DNA of 64,000 nt from the human T2T-CHM13v2.0 reference genome, Homo sapiens, in the NCBI RefSeq assembly GCF_009914755.1, contig NC_060948.1; one strand, 5' to 3'. A model generated the notes under the pieces. The model was given only the letters and a program-made list of their open reading frames with translations, was not told where the DNA came from and did not search any database. Position numbers and translations under genes: made by a program. This document shows positions 11,301 to 26,300 of the stretch, one piece after another (the first letter of the stretch is position 1; every line of letters starts with the position of its first letter).

Positions 11301-14300
11301 AATGCTACGGTCTCGAATGGAATAAAAATGTATGGAATGGAATGCAATGAAATGGAATCGAATGTCATAGAATGTAATGGAATGCAACAAAATGGAATCC
11401 AATATCATTGACTGGAAAGGCTGGGTGTCGAAAGGAATTGACTCCAATGGAATGGAATCGAATGGAATGGAAGTGAATAGAATCGAACTAAATTGAATGG
11501 AATGGAATTGATAGGAACGGAATGGAAAGGAATGCAATGATTTGGCATGGAATGGAATCGAATGGCATCGAATGGAATGGAATGGAATGCAATGGAATGG
11601 AATGTATTAGAATGGAATGAACTTTAATGGAATGTACTCGAATGGATTCGACTGGAATGGAATGTTCTGGAAGTGAATGGACTCCAATGGAATGGATTCA
11701 AAAGGAATGGAATCGTACGGAATGGAATCTAATGGAATGGAATTAAATGGAAATGAATCAAATTGAATAGCACGGAATTGAATTGAATGGAATGGAATGC
11801 AATGGAATCTAATGAAACGGAAAGGAAAGGAATGGAATGGAATGGAATGGGCTGGAATGGAAAGGAATCGAAACGAATGGAATGGAATCGAACTGAAGAG
11901 ACTGGAATGGAATGCACTGGAATGGAAGGGAGTGTAATGGAAGGTTCTCGAAAAAAATGGAATCGAATGGAATGGAATTGAATGGAACGGAATAGAGTCG
12001 AATGGAATTGAATGGAATGGAATGGACTAGAGTGAAATGGAATCGAACCACAAGGAATGGACAGGAATAGAATGGTCTCGAATTGAATGGAATCGTATGG
12101 AATGGCATCAAACGGAATGGAATGGACAGCCACGGAATGGAATGCACTCGAATGCAATGGAGTCGAAACTAATGGACTGGAATAGAATGGACTCGACTGG
12201 TACGGACTCCAATGGAATGGAATCGAATGGAAGGGAATCGAACGGAATGGACTCGAAGGGAAAAGACTGCAATGGAAAGGTCTCGAATGGAATGGAAATT
12301 AATGGAATGGAATGGAATCGAATGAAATGGAGTCAAAAGGAATGGAATCGAATGGCAAGAAATCGAATGTAATGGAATCGCAAGGAATTGATGTGAACGG
12401 AACGGAATGGAATGGAATCCAAAGGAATGGAATAGAATGGAATGGAATCGAATGGAAAGGACTCGAATGGCAATCACTCGAATAGAATGCAATTTAATAA
12501 AATAGGATCAAATGTAATGGAATGGAATGGAAAGGAATCGAAACGAAAGGAATGGAGACAGATGGAATGGAATGGAACAGAGAGCAATGGTATAGAATGG
12601 AATGGAATCATCTGGAATGGAATTGAATGGAATGGAATAATATGAAATGGAATGGAATGGAATGGAATGGAATGCCCTTGAATTAAATGGACTGGAATGG
12701 AATGGACTCGAACAGAGTGGAATGGAAAGTGTTGAGATAGAATGGAATGGACTCCTTTGGAATGGTCTAGTATGCAATGCAATCGACTGGCAGGGAATCA
12801 AAAGGAATGTAATCGAATGGATTGGACTGGAATGCAATGGACTCGAATAGATTGGAAACGGGATGCAAAGGAATGGAATGGAATAGTATGGAATGGAATG
12901 GAAAGGAATGGAGTGGAATAGACTAGAGTGGAATGGAATGGACTGGAAAGCAATGGACTGGAATGGAACTTTCTTGAATGGACTGGAATCAAACGGAATG
13001 GGATGCAATGCAATCAAATGGCATGGAATAAAATAGAATGAAAGAGAATCAAATGGAATTGAATCGAATGGAATCGAATGGATTGGAAAGGAATAGAATG
13101 GAATGGAATGGAATGGACTCAAATGGAATGGACTAGAATGGAATGGATTCGAATGGAAGGCAAAGGAATGGAATCTATTGGAATGGACTGTAATGGAATG
13201 GAATGGAAGGGATTGGAATGGACTCAAATAGAATGGACTGCAATAGAAAGGATTCGAATGGAATGAAAAAGAATTGAATGGAATAGAACAGAAGGGAATC
13301 AAATCGAATGAAATGGAATGGAATAGAAAGGAATGGAATGAAATGGAATGGAAAGGATTCGAATGGAATGCAATCGAATGGAATGGAATCGAACGGAATG
13401 GAATAAAATGGAAGAAAACTGGCAAGAAATGGAATCGAAATGAATGGAGTGTTATGGAACGGACTCAAAAGGAATTGAATGTAATAGAATGGAGTGGAGT
13501 GGACTCGAATATAATGGACTGGAATGGAATGAAATCACATGGAATGGGAACGAATGGAATGGAATGGAAAGGAATGGAATCGAATGGAAAGGAATCGAAT
13601 GGAAGGGAATGAAATTGAATCAACAGGAATGGAAGGGAATAGAATAGACGGTAATGGAATGGACTCGAATAGAATGGACACGAATGCTCAAATTGAATGG
13701 ACTCGAATGGAATGGAAACGAAAGGAATGTCATCGAATGGAATTGAATCGATTGCAATGAAATCGCATAGAATGGAGTGGAATCAAATGGAATTGAATCG
13801 AAAGGAAAGGAAGCGAATGGACTGAAATGAAATGGAATGGAATTGAATGGAAAGTAATGCAATGGAATAGAATGGAACGAAATTTCACGGAATGGAATCA
13901 AACTGAATGGAATCAAATCAATGGAATCTAATCAAATGGAATGGAAAGGAATTGAATGGAGTAGATTGGATTGGATGGGATTGGAATGAAATGTACTGGA
14001 AAGGACTCGAATTTCATGAAACGGAATGGAATGAATTGGAACGGAATGGACTCGAATGGAATGGAATGTCATGGAATGGCATCAAATGGAATGGCATCAA
14101 ATGGAATGGAATCGAATGCAATGGAATGCTATGGAATGGAATGGAATGCATTGGAATGGAATGTCCTCTAATGGAATGGATTCGAGTGGAATGGAATCGA
14201 ATATAATGGAGTCGAATGAAATGGAATTGAAAGGAATGGGATCGAATACAATGGAATATACTGGAATGTAATGTAATGAACTCGAATGTAATTGACTGGA

Positions 14301-17300
14301 ATGGAATGTACATGAATGGAAGGTAATCGAATGGAAAGTAATCCAATGGAATAGAATCTAATGCAATAAAACCGACTCAGATAGAGTAGAATGTAATGGA
14401 ATGGAGTGCAGTGCAATGGAATGGAATGGAATTGAATGCAATGGAATGGAATGGAATGGAATGGAATGGAATGGAATGGAAAGGAATGGGATGGAATGGT
14501 ATCGAATGGATAGTAATGGACTGGAGTGAAATGGACTGGAAAGGAATGGACTCAAATTGAAAGGGCTCGAAAGGAATGGAGTCAAATGGAATGGTCTGGA
14601 ATGGAATGAACACGAATGTAATGCAATCCAATAGAATGGAATCGAATGGCATGGAATATAAAGAAATGGATTCGAAGAGAATGGAAACAAATGGAATGGA
14701 ATTGAATGGAATGGAATTGAATGGAATGGGAACGAATGGAGTGAAATTGTATGCAGTAGAAGGGAATAGAAAGGAATGCAAGCGAAAGGAAAGGAATGGA
14801 TTGTAATGGAATGGAATTCATTGGAATGGAAGGGAATGTAGTGTAATGGACAGGCCTGGAATAAAGTGGAATGCTACGGTCTCGAATGGAATAAAAATGT
14901 ATGGAATGGAATGCAATGAAATGGAATCGAATGTCATAGAATGTAATGGAATGCAACAAAATGGAATCCAATATCATTGACTGGAAAGGCTGGGTGTCGA
15001 AAGGAATTGACTCCAATGGAATGGAATCGAATGGAATGGAAGTGAATAGAATCGAACTAAATCGAATGGAATGGAATTGATAGGAACGGAATGGAAAGGA
15101 ATGCAATGATTTGGCATGGAATGGAATCGAATGGCATCGAATGGAATGGAATGGAATGCAATGGAATGGAATATATTAGAATGTAATGAACTTTAATGGA
15201 ATGTACTCGAATGGATTCGACTGGAATGGAATGTTCTGGAAGTGAATGGACTCCAATGGAATGGATTCAAAAGGAATGGAATCGTACGGAATGGAATCTA
15301 ATGGAATGGAATTAAATGGAAATGAATCAAATTGAATAGCACGGAATTGAATTGAATGGAATGGAATGCAATGGAATCTAATGAAACGGAAAGGAAAGGA
15401 ATGGAATGGAATGGAATGGGCTGGAATGGAAAGGAATCGAAACGAATGGAATGGAATCGAACTGAAGAGACTGGAATGGAATGCACTGGAATGGAAGGGA
15501 GTGTAATGGAAGGTTCTCGAAAAAAATGGAATCGAATGGAATGGAATTGAATGGAACGGAATAGAGTCGAATGGAATTGAATGGAATGGAATGGACTAGA
15601 GTGAAATGGAATCGAACCACAAGGAATGGAGAGGAATAGAATGGTCTCGAATTGAATGGAATCGTATGGAATGGCATCAAACGGAATGGAATGGACAGCC
15701 ACGGAATGGAATGCACTCGAATGCAATGGAGTCGAAACTAATGGACTGGAATAGAATGGACTCGACTGGTACGGACTCCAATGGAATGGAATCGAATGGA
15801 AGGGAATCGAACGGAATGGACTCGAAGGGAAAAGACTGCAATGGAAAGGTCTCGAATGGAATGGAAATTAATGGAATGGAATGGAATCGAATGAAATGGA
15901 GTCAAAAGGAATGGAATCGAATGGCAAGAAATCGAATGTAATGGAATCGCAAGGAATTGATGTGAACGGAACGGAATGGAATGGAATCCAAAGGAATGGA
16001 ATAGAATGGAATGGAATCGAATGGAAAGGACTCGAATGGAAATCACTCGAATAGAATGCAATTTAATAAAATAGGATCAAATGTAATGGAATGGAATGGA
16101 AAGGAATCGAAACGAAAGGAATGGAGACAGATGGATTGGAATAGAACAGAGAGCAATGGTATAGAATGGAATGGAATCATCTGGAATGGAATTGAATGGA
16201 ATGGAATAATATGAAATGGAATGGAATGGAATGGAATGGAATGCCCTTGAATTAAATGGACTGGAATGGAATGGACTCGAACAGAGTGGAATGGAAAGTG
16301 TTGAGATAGAATGGAATGGACTCCTTTGGAATGGTCTAGTACGCAATGCAATCGACTGGCAGGGAATCAAAAGGAATGTAATCGAATGGATTGGACTGGA
16401 ATGCAATGGACTCGAATAGATTGCAAACGGGATGCAAAGGAATGGAATGGAATAGTATGGAATGGAATGGAAAGGAATGGAGTGGAATAGACTAGAGTGG
16501 AATGGAATGGACTGGAAAGCAATGGACTGGAATGGAACTTTCTTGAATGGACTGGAATCAAACGGAATGGAATGCAATGCAATCAAATGGCATGGAATAA
16601 AATAGAATGAAAGAGAATCAAATGGAATTGAATCGAATGGAATCGAATGGATTGGAAAGGAATAGAATGGAATGGAATGGAATGGACTCAAATGGAATGG
16701 ACTAGAATGGAATGGATTCGAATGGAAGGCAAAGGAATGGAATCTATTGGAATGGACTGTAATGGAATGGAATGGAAGGGATTCGAATGGACTCGAATGG
16801 AATGGACTGCAATAGAAAGGGTTCGAATGGAATGAAAAAGAATTGAATGGAATAGAACAGAATGGAATCAAATCGAATGAAATGGAATGGAATAGAAAGG
16901 AATGGAATGAAATGGAATGGAAAGGATTCGAATGGAATGCAATCGAATGGAATGGAATCGAACGGAATGGAATAAAATGGAAGAAAACTGGCAAGAAATG
17001 GAATCGAAATGAATGGAGTGTTATGGAACGGACTCAAAAGGAATTGAATGTAATAGAATGGAGTGGAGTGGACTCGAATATAATGGACTGGAATGGAATG
17101 AAATCACATGGAATGGGAACGAATGGAATGGAATGGAAAGGAATGGAATCGAATGGAAAGGAATCGAATGGAAGGGAATGAAATTGAATCAACAGGAATG
17201 GAAGGGAATAGAATAGACGGTAATGGAATGGACTCGAATAGAATGGACACGAATGCTCAAATTGAATGGACTCGAATGGAATGGAAACGAAAGGAATGTC

Positions 17301-20300
17301 ATCGAATGGAATTGAATCGATTGCAATGAAATCGCATAGAATGGAGTGGAATCAAATGGAATTGAATCGAAAGGAAAGGAAGCGAATGGACTGAAATGAA
17401 ATGGAATGGAATTGAATGGAAAGTAATGCAATGGAATAGAATGGAACGAAATTTCACGGAATGGAATCAAACTGAATGGAATCAAATCAATGGAATCTAA
17501 TCAAATGGAATGGAAAGGAATTGAATGGAGTAGATTGGATTGGATGGGATTGGAATGAAATGTACTGGAAAGGACTCGAATTTCATGAAACGGAATGGAA
17601 TGAATTGGAACGGAATGGACTCGAATGGAATGGAATGTCATGGAATGGCATCAAATGGAATGGCATCAAATGGAATGGAATCGAATGCAATGGAATGCTA
17701 TGGAATGGAATGGAATGCATTGGAATGGAATGTCCTCTAATGGAATGGATTCGAGTGGAATGGAATCGAATATAATGGAGTCGAACGAAATGGAATTGAA
17801 AGGAATGGGATCGAATACAATGGAATATACTGGAATGTAATATAATGAACTCGAATGTAATTGACTGGAATGGAAGGTATATGAATGGAATGTAATCGAA
17901 TGGAAAGTAATCCAATGGAATAGAATCTAATGCAATAAAATCGACTCAGATAGAGTAGCATGTAATGGAATGGAGTGCAGAGCAATGGAATGGAATGGAA
18001 TGGAATGCAATGGAATGGAATGGAATGGAATGGAATGGAATGGAATGGAATGGAATGGGATGGGATGGAATGGTATGGAATGGATAGTAATGGACTGGAG
18101 TGAAATGGACTGGAAAGGAATGGACTCAAATTGAAAGGGCTCGAAAGGAATGGAGTCAAATGGAATGGTCTGGAATGGAATGAACACGAATGTAATGCAA
18201 TCCAATAGAATGGAATCGAATGGCATGGAATATAAAGAAATGGAATCGGAGAGAATGGAAACAAATGGAATGGAATTGAATGGAATGGAATTGAATGGAA
18301 TGGGAACGAATGGAGTGAAATTGTATGCAGTAGAAGGGAATAGAATGGAATGCAAGCAAAAGGAAAGGAATGGATTGGAATGGAATGGAATTCATTGGAA
18401 TGGAAGGGAATGTAGTGTAATGGACAGGCCTGGAATAAAGTGCAATGCTACGGTCTCGAATGGAATAAAAATGTATGGAATGGAATGCAATGAAATGGAA
18501 TCGAATGTCATAGAATGTAATGGAATGCAACAAAATGGAATCCAATATCATTGACTGGAAAGGCTGGGTGTCGAAAGGAATTGACTCCAATGGAATGGAA
18601 TCGAATGGAATGGAAGTGAATAGAATTGAAATAAATTGAATGGAATGGAATTGATAGGAACGGAATGGAAAGGAATGCAATGATTTGGCATGGAATGGAA
18701 TCGAATGGCATCGAATGGAATGGAATGGAATGCAATGGAATGGAATGTATTAGAATGTAATGAACTTTAATGGAATGTACTCGAATGGATTCGACTGGAA
18801 TGGAATGTTCTGGAAGTGAATGGACTCCAATGGAATGGATTCAAAAGGAATGGAATCGTACGGAATGGAATCTAATGGAATGGAATTAAATGGAAATGAA
18901 TCAAATTGAATAGCACGGAATTGAATTGAATGGAATGGAATGCAATGGAATCTAATGAAACGGAAAGGAAAGGAATGGAATGGAATGGAATGGGCTGGAA
19001 TGGAAAGGAATCGAAACGAATGGAATGGAATCGAACTGAAGAGACTGGAATGGAATGCACTGGAATGGAAGGGAGTGTAATGGAAGGTTCTCGAAAAAAA
19101 TGGAATCGAATGGAATGGAATTGAATGGAACGGAATAGAGTCGAATGGAATTGAATGGAATGGAATGGACTAGAGTGAAATGGAATCGAACCACAAGGAA
19201 TGGACATGAATAGAATGGTCTCGAATTGAATGGAATCGTATGGAATGGCATCAAACGGAATGGAATGGACAGCCACGGAATGGAATGCACTCGAATGCAA
19301 TGGAGTCGAAACTAATGGACTGGAATAGAATGGACTCGACTGGTACGGACTCCAATGGAATGGAATCGAATGGAAGGGAATCGAACGGAATGGACTCGAA
19401 GGGAAAAGACTGCAATGGAAAGGTCTCGAATGGAATGGAAATTAATGGAATGGAATGGAATCGAATGAAATGGAGTCAAAAGGAATGGAATCGAATGGCA
19501 AGAAATCGAATGTAATGGAATCGCAAGGAATTGATGTGAACGGAACGGAATGGAATGGAATCCAAAGGAATGGAATAGAATGGAATGGAATCGAATGGAA
19601 AGGACTCGAATGGCAATCACTCGAATAGAATGCAATTTAATAAAATAGGATCAAATGTAATGGAATGGAATGGAAAGGAATCGAAACGAAAGGAATGGAG
19701 ACAGATGGAATGGAATGGAACAGAGAGCAATGGTATAGAATGGAATGGAATCATCTGGAATGGAATTGAATGGAATGGAATAATATGAAATGGAATGGAA
19801 TGGAATGGAATGGAATGGAATGCCCTTGAATTAAATGGACTGGAATGGAATGGACTCGAACAGAGTGGAATGGAAAGTGTTGAGATAGAATGGAATGGAC
19901 TCCTCTGGAATGGTCTAGTATGCAATGCAATCGACTGGCAGGGAATCAAAAGGAATGTAATCGAATGGATTGGACTGGAATGCAATGGACTCGAATAGAT
20001 TGGAAACGGGATGCAAAGGAATGGAATGGAATAGTATGGAATGGAATGGAAAGGAATGGAGTGGAATAGACTAGAGTGGAATGGAATGGACTGGAAAGCA
20101 ATGGACTGGAATGGAACTTTCTTGAATGGACTGGAATCAAACGGAATGGAATGCAATGCAATCAAATGGCATGGAATAAAATAGAATGAAAGAGAATCAA
20201 ATGGAATTGAATCGAATGGAATCGAATGGATTGGAAAGGAATAGAATGGAATGGAATGGAATGGACTCAAATGGAATGGACTAGAATGGAATGGATTCGA

Positions 20301-23300
20301 ATGGAAGGCAAAGGAATGGAATCTATTGGAATGGACTGTAATGGAATGGAATGGAAGGGATTGGAATGGACTCGAATGGAATGGACTGCAATAGAAAGGA
20401 TTCGAATGGAATGAAAAAGAATTGAATGGAATAGAACAGAATGGAATCAAATCGAATGAAATGGAATGGAATAGAAAGGAATGGAATGAAATGGAATGGA
20501 AAGGATTCGAATGGAATGCAATCGAATGGAATGGAATCGAACGGAATGGAATAAAATGGAAGAAAACTGGCAAGAAATGGAATCGAAATGAATGGAGTGT
20601 TATGGAACGGACTCAAAAGGAATTGAATGTAATAGAATGGAGTGGAGTGGACTCGAATATAATGGACTGGAATGGAATGAAATCACATGGAATGGGAACG
20701 AATGGAATGGAATGGAAAGGAATGGAATCGAATGGAAAGGAATCGAATGGAAGGGAATGAAATTGAATCAACAGGAATGGAAGGGAATAGAATAGACGGT
20801 AATGGAATGGACTCGAATTGAATGGACACGAATGCTCAAATTGAATGGACTCGAATGGAATGGAAACGAAAGGAATGTCATCGAATGGAATTGAATCGAT
20901 TGGAATGAAATCGCATAGAATGGAGTGGAATCAAATGGAATTGAATCGAAAGGAAAGGAAGCGAATGGACTGAAATGAAATGGAATGGAATTGAATGGAA
21001 AGTAATGCAATGGAATAGAATGGAACGAAATTTCACGGAATGGAATCAAACTGAATGGAATCAAATCACTGGAATCTAATCAAATGGAATGGAAAGGAAT
21101 TGAATGGAGTACATTGGATTGGATGGGATTGGAATGAAATGTACTGGAAAGGACTCGAATTTCATGAAACGGAATGGAATGAATTGGAACGGAAAGGACT
21201 CGAATGGAATGGAATGTCATGGAATGGCATCAAATGGAATGGCATCAAATGGAATGGAATCGAATGCAATGGAATGCTATGGAATGGAATGGAATGCATT
21301 GGAATGGAATGTCCTCTAATGGAATGGATTCGAGTGGAATGGAATCGAATATAATGGAGTCGAATGAAATGGAATTGAAAGGAATGGGATCGAATACAAT
21401 GGAATATACTGGAATGTAATGTAATGAACTAAAATGTAATTGACTGGAATGGAATGTACATGAATGGAATGTAATCGAATGGAAAGTAATCCAATGGAAT
21501 AGAATCTAATGCAATAAAATCGACTCAGATAGAGTAGAATGTAATGGAATGGAGTGCAGTGCAATGCAATGGAATGGAATGGAATGCAATGGAATGGAAT
21601 GGAATGGAATGGAATGGAATGGAATGGGATGGAATGGTATGGAATGGATAGTAATGGACTGGAGTGAAATGGACTGGAAAGGAATGGACTCAAATTGAAA
21701 GGGCTCGAAAGGAATGGAGTCAAATGGAATGGTCTGGAATGGAATGAACACGAATGTAATGCAATCCAATAGAATGGAATCGAATGGCATGGAATATAAA
21801 GAAATGGAATCGAAGAGAATGGAAACAAATGGAATGGAATTGAATGGAATGGAATTGAATGGAATGGGAACGAATGGAGTGAAATTGTATGCAGTAGAAG
21901 GGAATAGAATGGAATGCAAGCGAAAGGAAAGGAATGGATTGGAATGGAATGGAATTCATTGGAATGGAAGGGAATGTAGTGTAATGGACAGGTCTGGAAT
22001 AAAGTGGAATGCTACGGTCTCAATGGAATAAAAATGTATGGAATGGAATGCAATGAAACGGAATCGAATGTCATAGAATGTAATGGAATGCAAAAAAAAT
22101 GGAATCCAAAATCATTGACTGGAAAGGCTGGGTGTCGAAAGGAATTGACTCCAATGGAATGGAATCGAATGGAATGGAAGTGAATAGAATCGAACTAAAT
22201 CGAATGGAATGGAATTGATAGGAACGGAATGGAAAGGAATGCAATGATTTGGCATGGAATGGAATCGAATGGCATCGAATGGAATGGAATGGAATGCAAT
22301 GGAATGGAATGTATTAGAATGTAATGAACTTTAATGGAATGTACTCGAATGGATTCGACTGGAATGGAATGTTCTGGAAGTGAATGGACTCCAATGGAAT
22401 GGATTCAAAAGGAAAGGAATCGTACGGAATGGAATCTAATGGAATGGAATTAAATGGAAATGAATCAAATTGAATAGCACGGATTTGAATTGAATGGAAT
22501 GGAATGCAATGGAATCTAATGAAACGGAAAGGAAAGGAATGGAATGGAATGGAATGGACTGGAATGGAAAGGAATCAAAACGAATTGAATGGAATCGAAC
22601 TGAAGAGACTGGAATGGAATGCACTGGAATGGAAGGGAGTGTAATGGAAGGTTCTCGAAAAAAATGGAATCGAATGGAATGGAATTGAATGGAACGGAAT
22701 AGAGTCGAATGGAATTGAATGGAATGGAATGGACTAGAGTGAAATGGAATCGAACCACAAGGAATGGACATGAATAGAATGGTCTCGAATTGAATGGAAT
22801 CGTATTGAATGGCATCAAACGGAATGGAATGGACAGCCACGGAATGGAATGCACTCGAATGCAATGGAGTCGAAACTAATGGACTGGAATAGAATGGACT
22901 CGACTGGTACGGACTCCAATGGAATGGAATCGAATGGAAGGGAATCGAACGGAATGGACTCGAAGGGAAAAGACTGCAATGGAAAGGTCTCGAATGGAAT
23001 GGAAATTAATGGAATGGAATGGAATCGAATGAAATGGAGTCAAAAGGAATGGAATCGAATGGCAAGAAATCGAATGTAATGGAATCACAAGGAATTGATG
23101 TGAACGGAACGGAATGGAATGGAATCCAAAGGAATGGAATAGAATGGAATGGAATCGAATGGAAAGGACTCGAATGGAAATCACTCGAATAGAATGCAAT
23201 TTAATAAAATAGGATCAAATGTAATGGAATGGAATGGAAGGGAATCGAAACGAAAGGAATGGAGACAGATGGAATGGAATGGAAGAGAGAGCAATGGTAT

Positions 23301-26300
23301 AGAATGGAATGGAATCATCTGGAATGGAATTGAATGGAATGGAATAATATGAAATGGAATGGAATGGAATGGAATGGAATGCCCTTGAATTAAATGGACT
23401 GGAATGGAATGGACTCGAACAGAGTGGAATGGAAAGTGTTGAGATAGAATGGAATGGACTCCTTTGGAATGGTGTAGTATGCAATGCAATCGACTGGCAG
23501 GGAATCAAAAGGAATGTAATCGAATGGATTGGACTGGAATGCAATGGACTCGAATAGATTGGAAACGGAATGCAAAGGAATGGAATGGAATAGTATGGAA
23601 TGGAATGGAAAGGAATGGAGTGGAATAGACTAGAGTGGAATGGAATGGACTGGAAAGCAATGGACTGGAATGGAACTTTCTTGAATGGACTGGAATCAAA
23701 CGGAATGGAATGCAATGCAATCAAATGGCATGGAATAAAATAGAATGAAAGAGAATCAAATGGAATTGAATCGAATGGAATCGAATGGATTGGAAAGGAA
23801 TAGAATGGAATGGAATGGAATTGACTCAAATGGAATGGACTAGAATGGAATGGATTCGAATGGAAGGCAAAGGAATGGAATCTATTGGAATGGACTGTAA
23901 TGGAATGGAACGGAAGGGATTGGAATGGACTCGAATGGAATGGACTGCAATAGAAAGGATTCGAATGGAATGAAAAAGAATTGAATGGAATAGAACAGAA
24001 TGGAATCAAATCGAATGAAATGGAATGGAATAGAAAGGAATGGAATGAAATGGAATGGAAAGGATTCGAATGGAATGCAATCGAATGGAATGGAATCGAA
24101 CGGAATGGAATAAAATGGAAGAAAACTGGCAAGAAATGGAATCGAAATGAATGGAGTGTTATGGAACGGACTCAAAAGGAATTGAATGTAATAGAATGGA
24201 GTGGAGTGGACTCGAATATAATGGACTGGAATGGAATGAAATCACATGGAATGGGAACGAATGGAATGGAATGGAAAGGAATGGAATCGAATGGAAAGGA
24301 ATCGAATGGAAGGGAATGAAATTGAATCAACAGGAATGGAAGGGAATAGAATAGACGGTAATGGAATGGACTCGAATAGAATGGACACGAATGCTCAAAT
24401 TGAATGGACTCGAATGGAATGGAAACGAAAGGAATGTCATCGAATGGAATTGAATCGATTGGAATGAAATCGTGTAGAATGGAGTGGAATGAAATGGAAT
24501 TGAATCGAAAGGAAAGGAAGCAAATGGACTGAAATGAAATGGAATGGAATTGAATAGAAAGTTATGTAATGGAATAGAATGGAACGAAATTTCACGGAAT
24601 GGAATCAAACTGAATGGAATCAAATCAATGGAATCAAATCAAATGGAATGGATAGGAATTGAATGGAGTAGATTGGATTGGATGGGATTGGAATGAAATG
24701 TACTGGAAAGGACTCGAATTTCATGAAACGGAATGGAATGAATTGGAACGGAACGGACTCGAATGGAATGGAATGTCATGGAATGGCATCAAATGGAATG
24801 GCATCAAATGGAATGGAATCGAATGCAATGGAATGCTATGGAATGGAATGGAATGCATTGGAATGGAATGTCCTCTAATGGAATGGATTCGAGTGGAATG
24901 GAATCGAATATAATGGAGTCGAATGAAATGGAATTGAAAGGAATGGGATCGAATACAATGGAATATACTGGAATGTAATGTAATGAACTCGAATGTAATT
25001 GACTGGAATGGAATGTACATGAATGGAATGTAATCGAATGGAAAGTAATCCAATGGAATAGAATCTAATGCAATAAAATCGACTCAGATAGAGTAGAATG
25101 TAATGGAATGGAGTGCAGTGCAATGGAATGGAAAGGAATGGAATGCAATGGAATGGAATGGAATGGAATGGAATGGAACGGAATGGAATGGTGTGGAATG
25201 GATAGTAATGGACTGGAGTGAAATGGACTGGAAAGGAATGGACTCAAATTGAAAGGGCTCGAAAGGAATGGAGTCAAATGGAATGGTCTGGAATGGAATG
25301 AACACGAAGGTAATGCAATCCAATAGAATGGAATCGAATGGCATGGAATATAAAGAAATGGAATCGAAGAGAATGGAAACAAATGGAATGGAATTGAGTG
25401 GAATGGAATTGAATGGAATGGGAACGAATGGAGTGAAATTGTATGCAGTAGAAGAGAATAGAATGGAATGCAAGCGAAAGGAAAGGAATGGATTGGAATG
25501 GAATGGAATTCATTGGAATGGAAGGGAATGTAGTGTAATGGACAGGCCTGGAATAAAGTGGAATGCTACGGTCTCGAATGGAATAAAAATGTATGGAATG
25601 GAATGCAATGAAACGGAATCGAATGTCATAGAATGTAATGGAATGCAAAAAAATGGAATCCAAAATCATTGACTGGAAAGGCTGGGTGTCGAAAGGAATT
25701 GACTCCAATGGAATGGAATCGAATGGAATGGAAGTGAATAGAATCGAACTAAATCGAATGGAATGGAATTGATAGGAACGGAATGGAAAGGAATGCAATG
25801 ATTTGGCATGGAATGGAATCGAATGGCATCGAATGGAATGGAATGGAATGCAATGGAATGGAATGTATTAGAATGTAATGAACTTTAATGGAATGTACTC
25901 GAATGGATTCGACTGGAATGGAATGTTCTGGAAGTGAATGGACTCCAATGGAATGGATTCAAAAGGAATGGAATCTAATGGAATGGAATTAAATGGAAAT
26001 GAATCAAATTGAATAGCACGGAATTGAATTGAATGAAATGGAATGCAATGGAATCTAATGAAACGGAAAGGAAAGGAATGGAATGGAATGGAATGGGCTG
26101 GAATGGAAAGGAATCGAAACGAATGGAATGGAATCGAACTGAAGAGACTGGAATGGAATGCACTGGAATGGAAGGGAGTGTAATGGAAGGTTCTCGAAAA
26201 AAATGGAATTGAATGGAATGGAATTGAATGGAACGGAATAGAGTCGAATGGAATTGAATGGAATGGAATGGACTAGAGTGAAATGGAATCGAACCACAAG

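Noticed and set aside
19617-20573. Longest ORF (318 aa, minus strand; again at 55201-56157)
   Set aside because: It arises only where an extra pentamer shifts the frame. The equivalent ORF is 305, 222 or 211 aa in other copies, so there is no sign of coding constraint.
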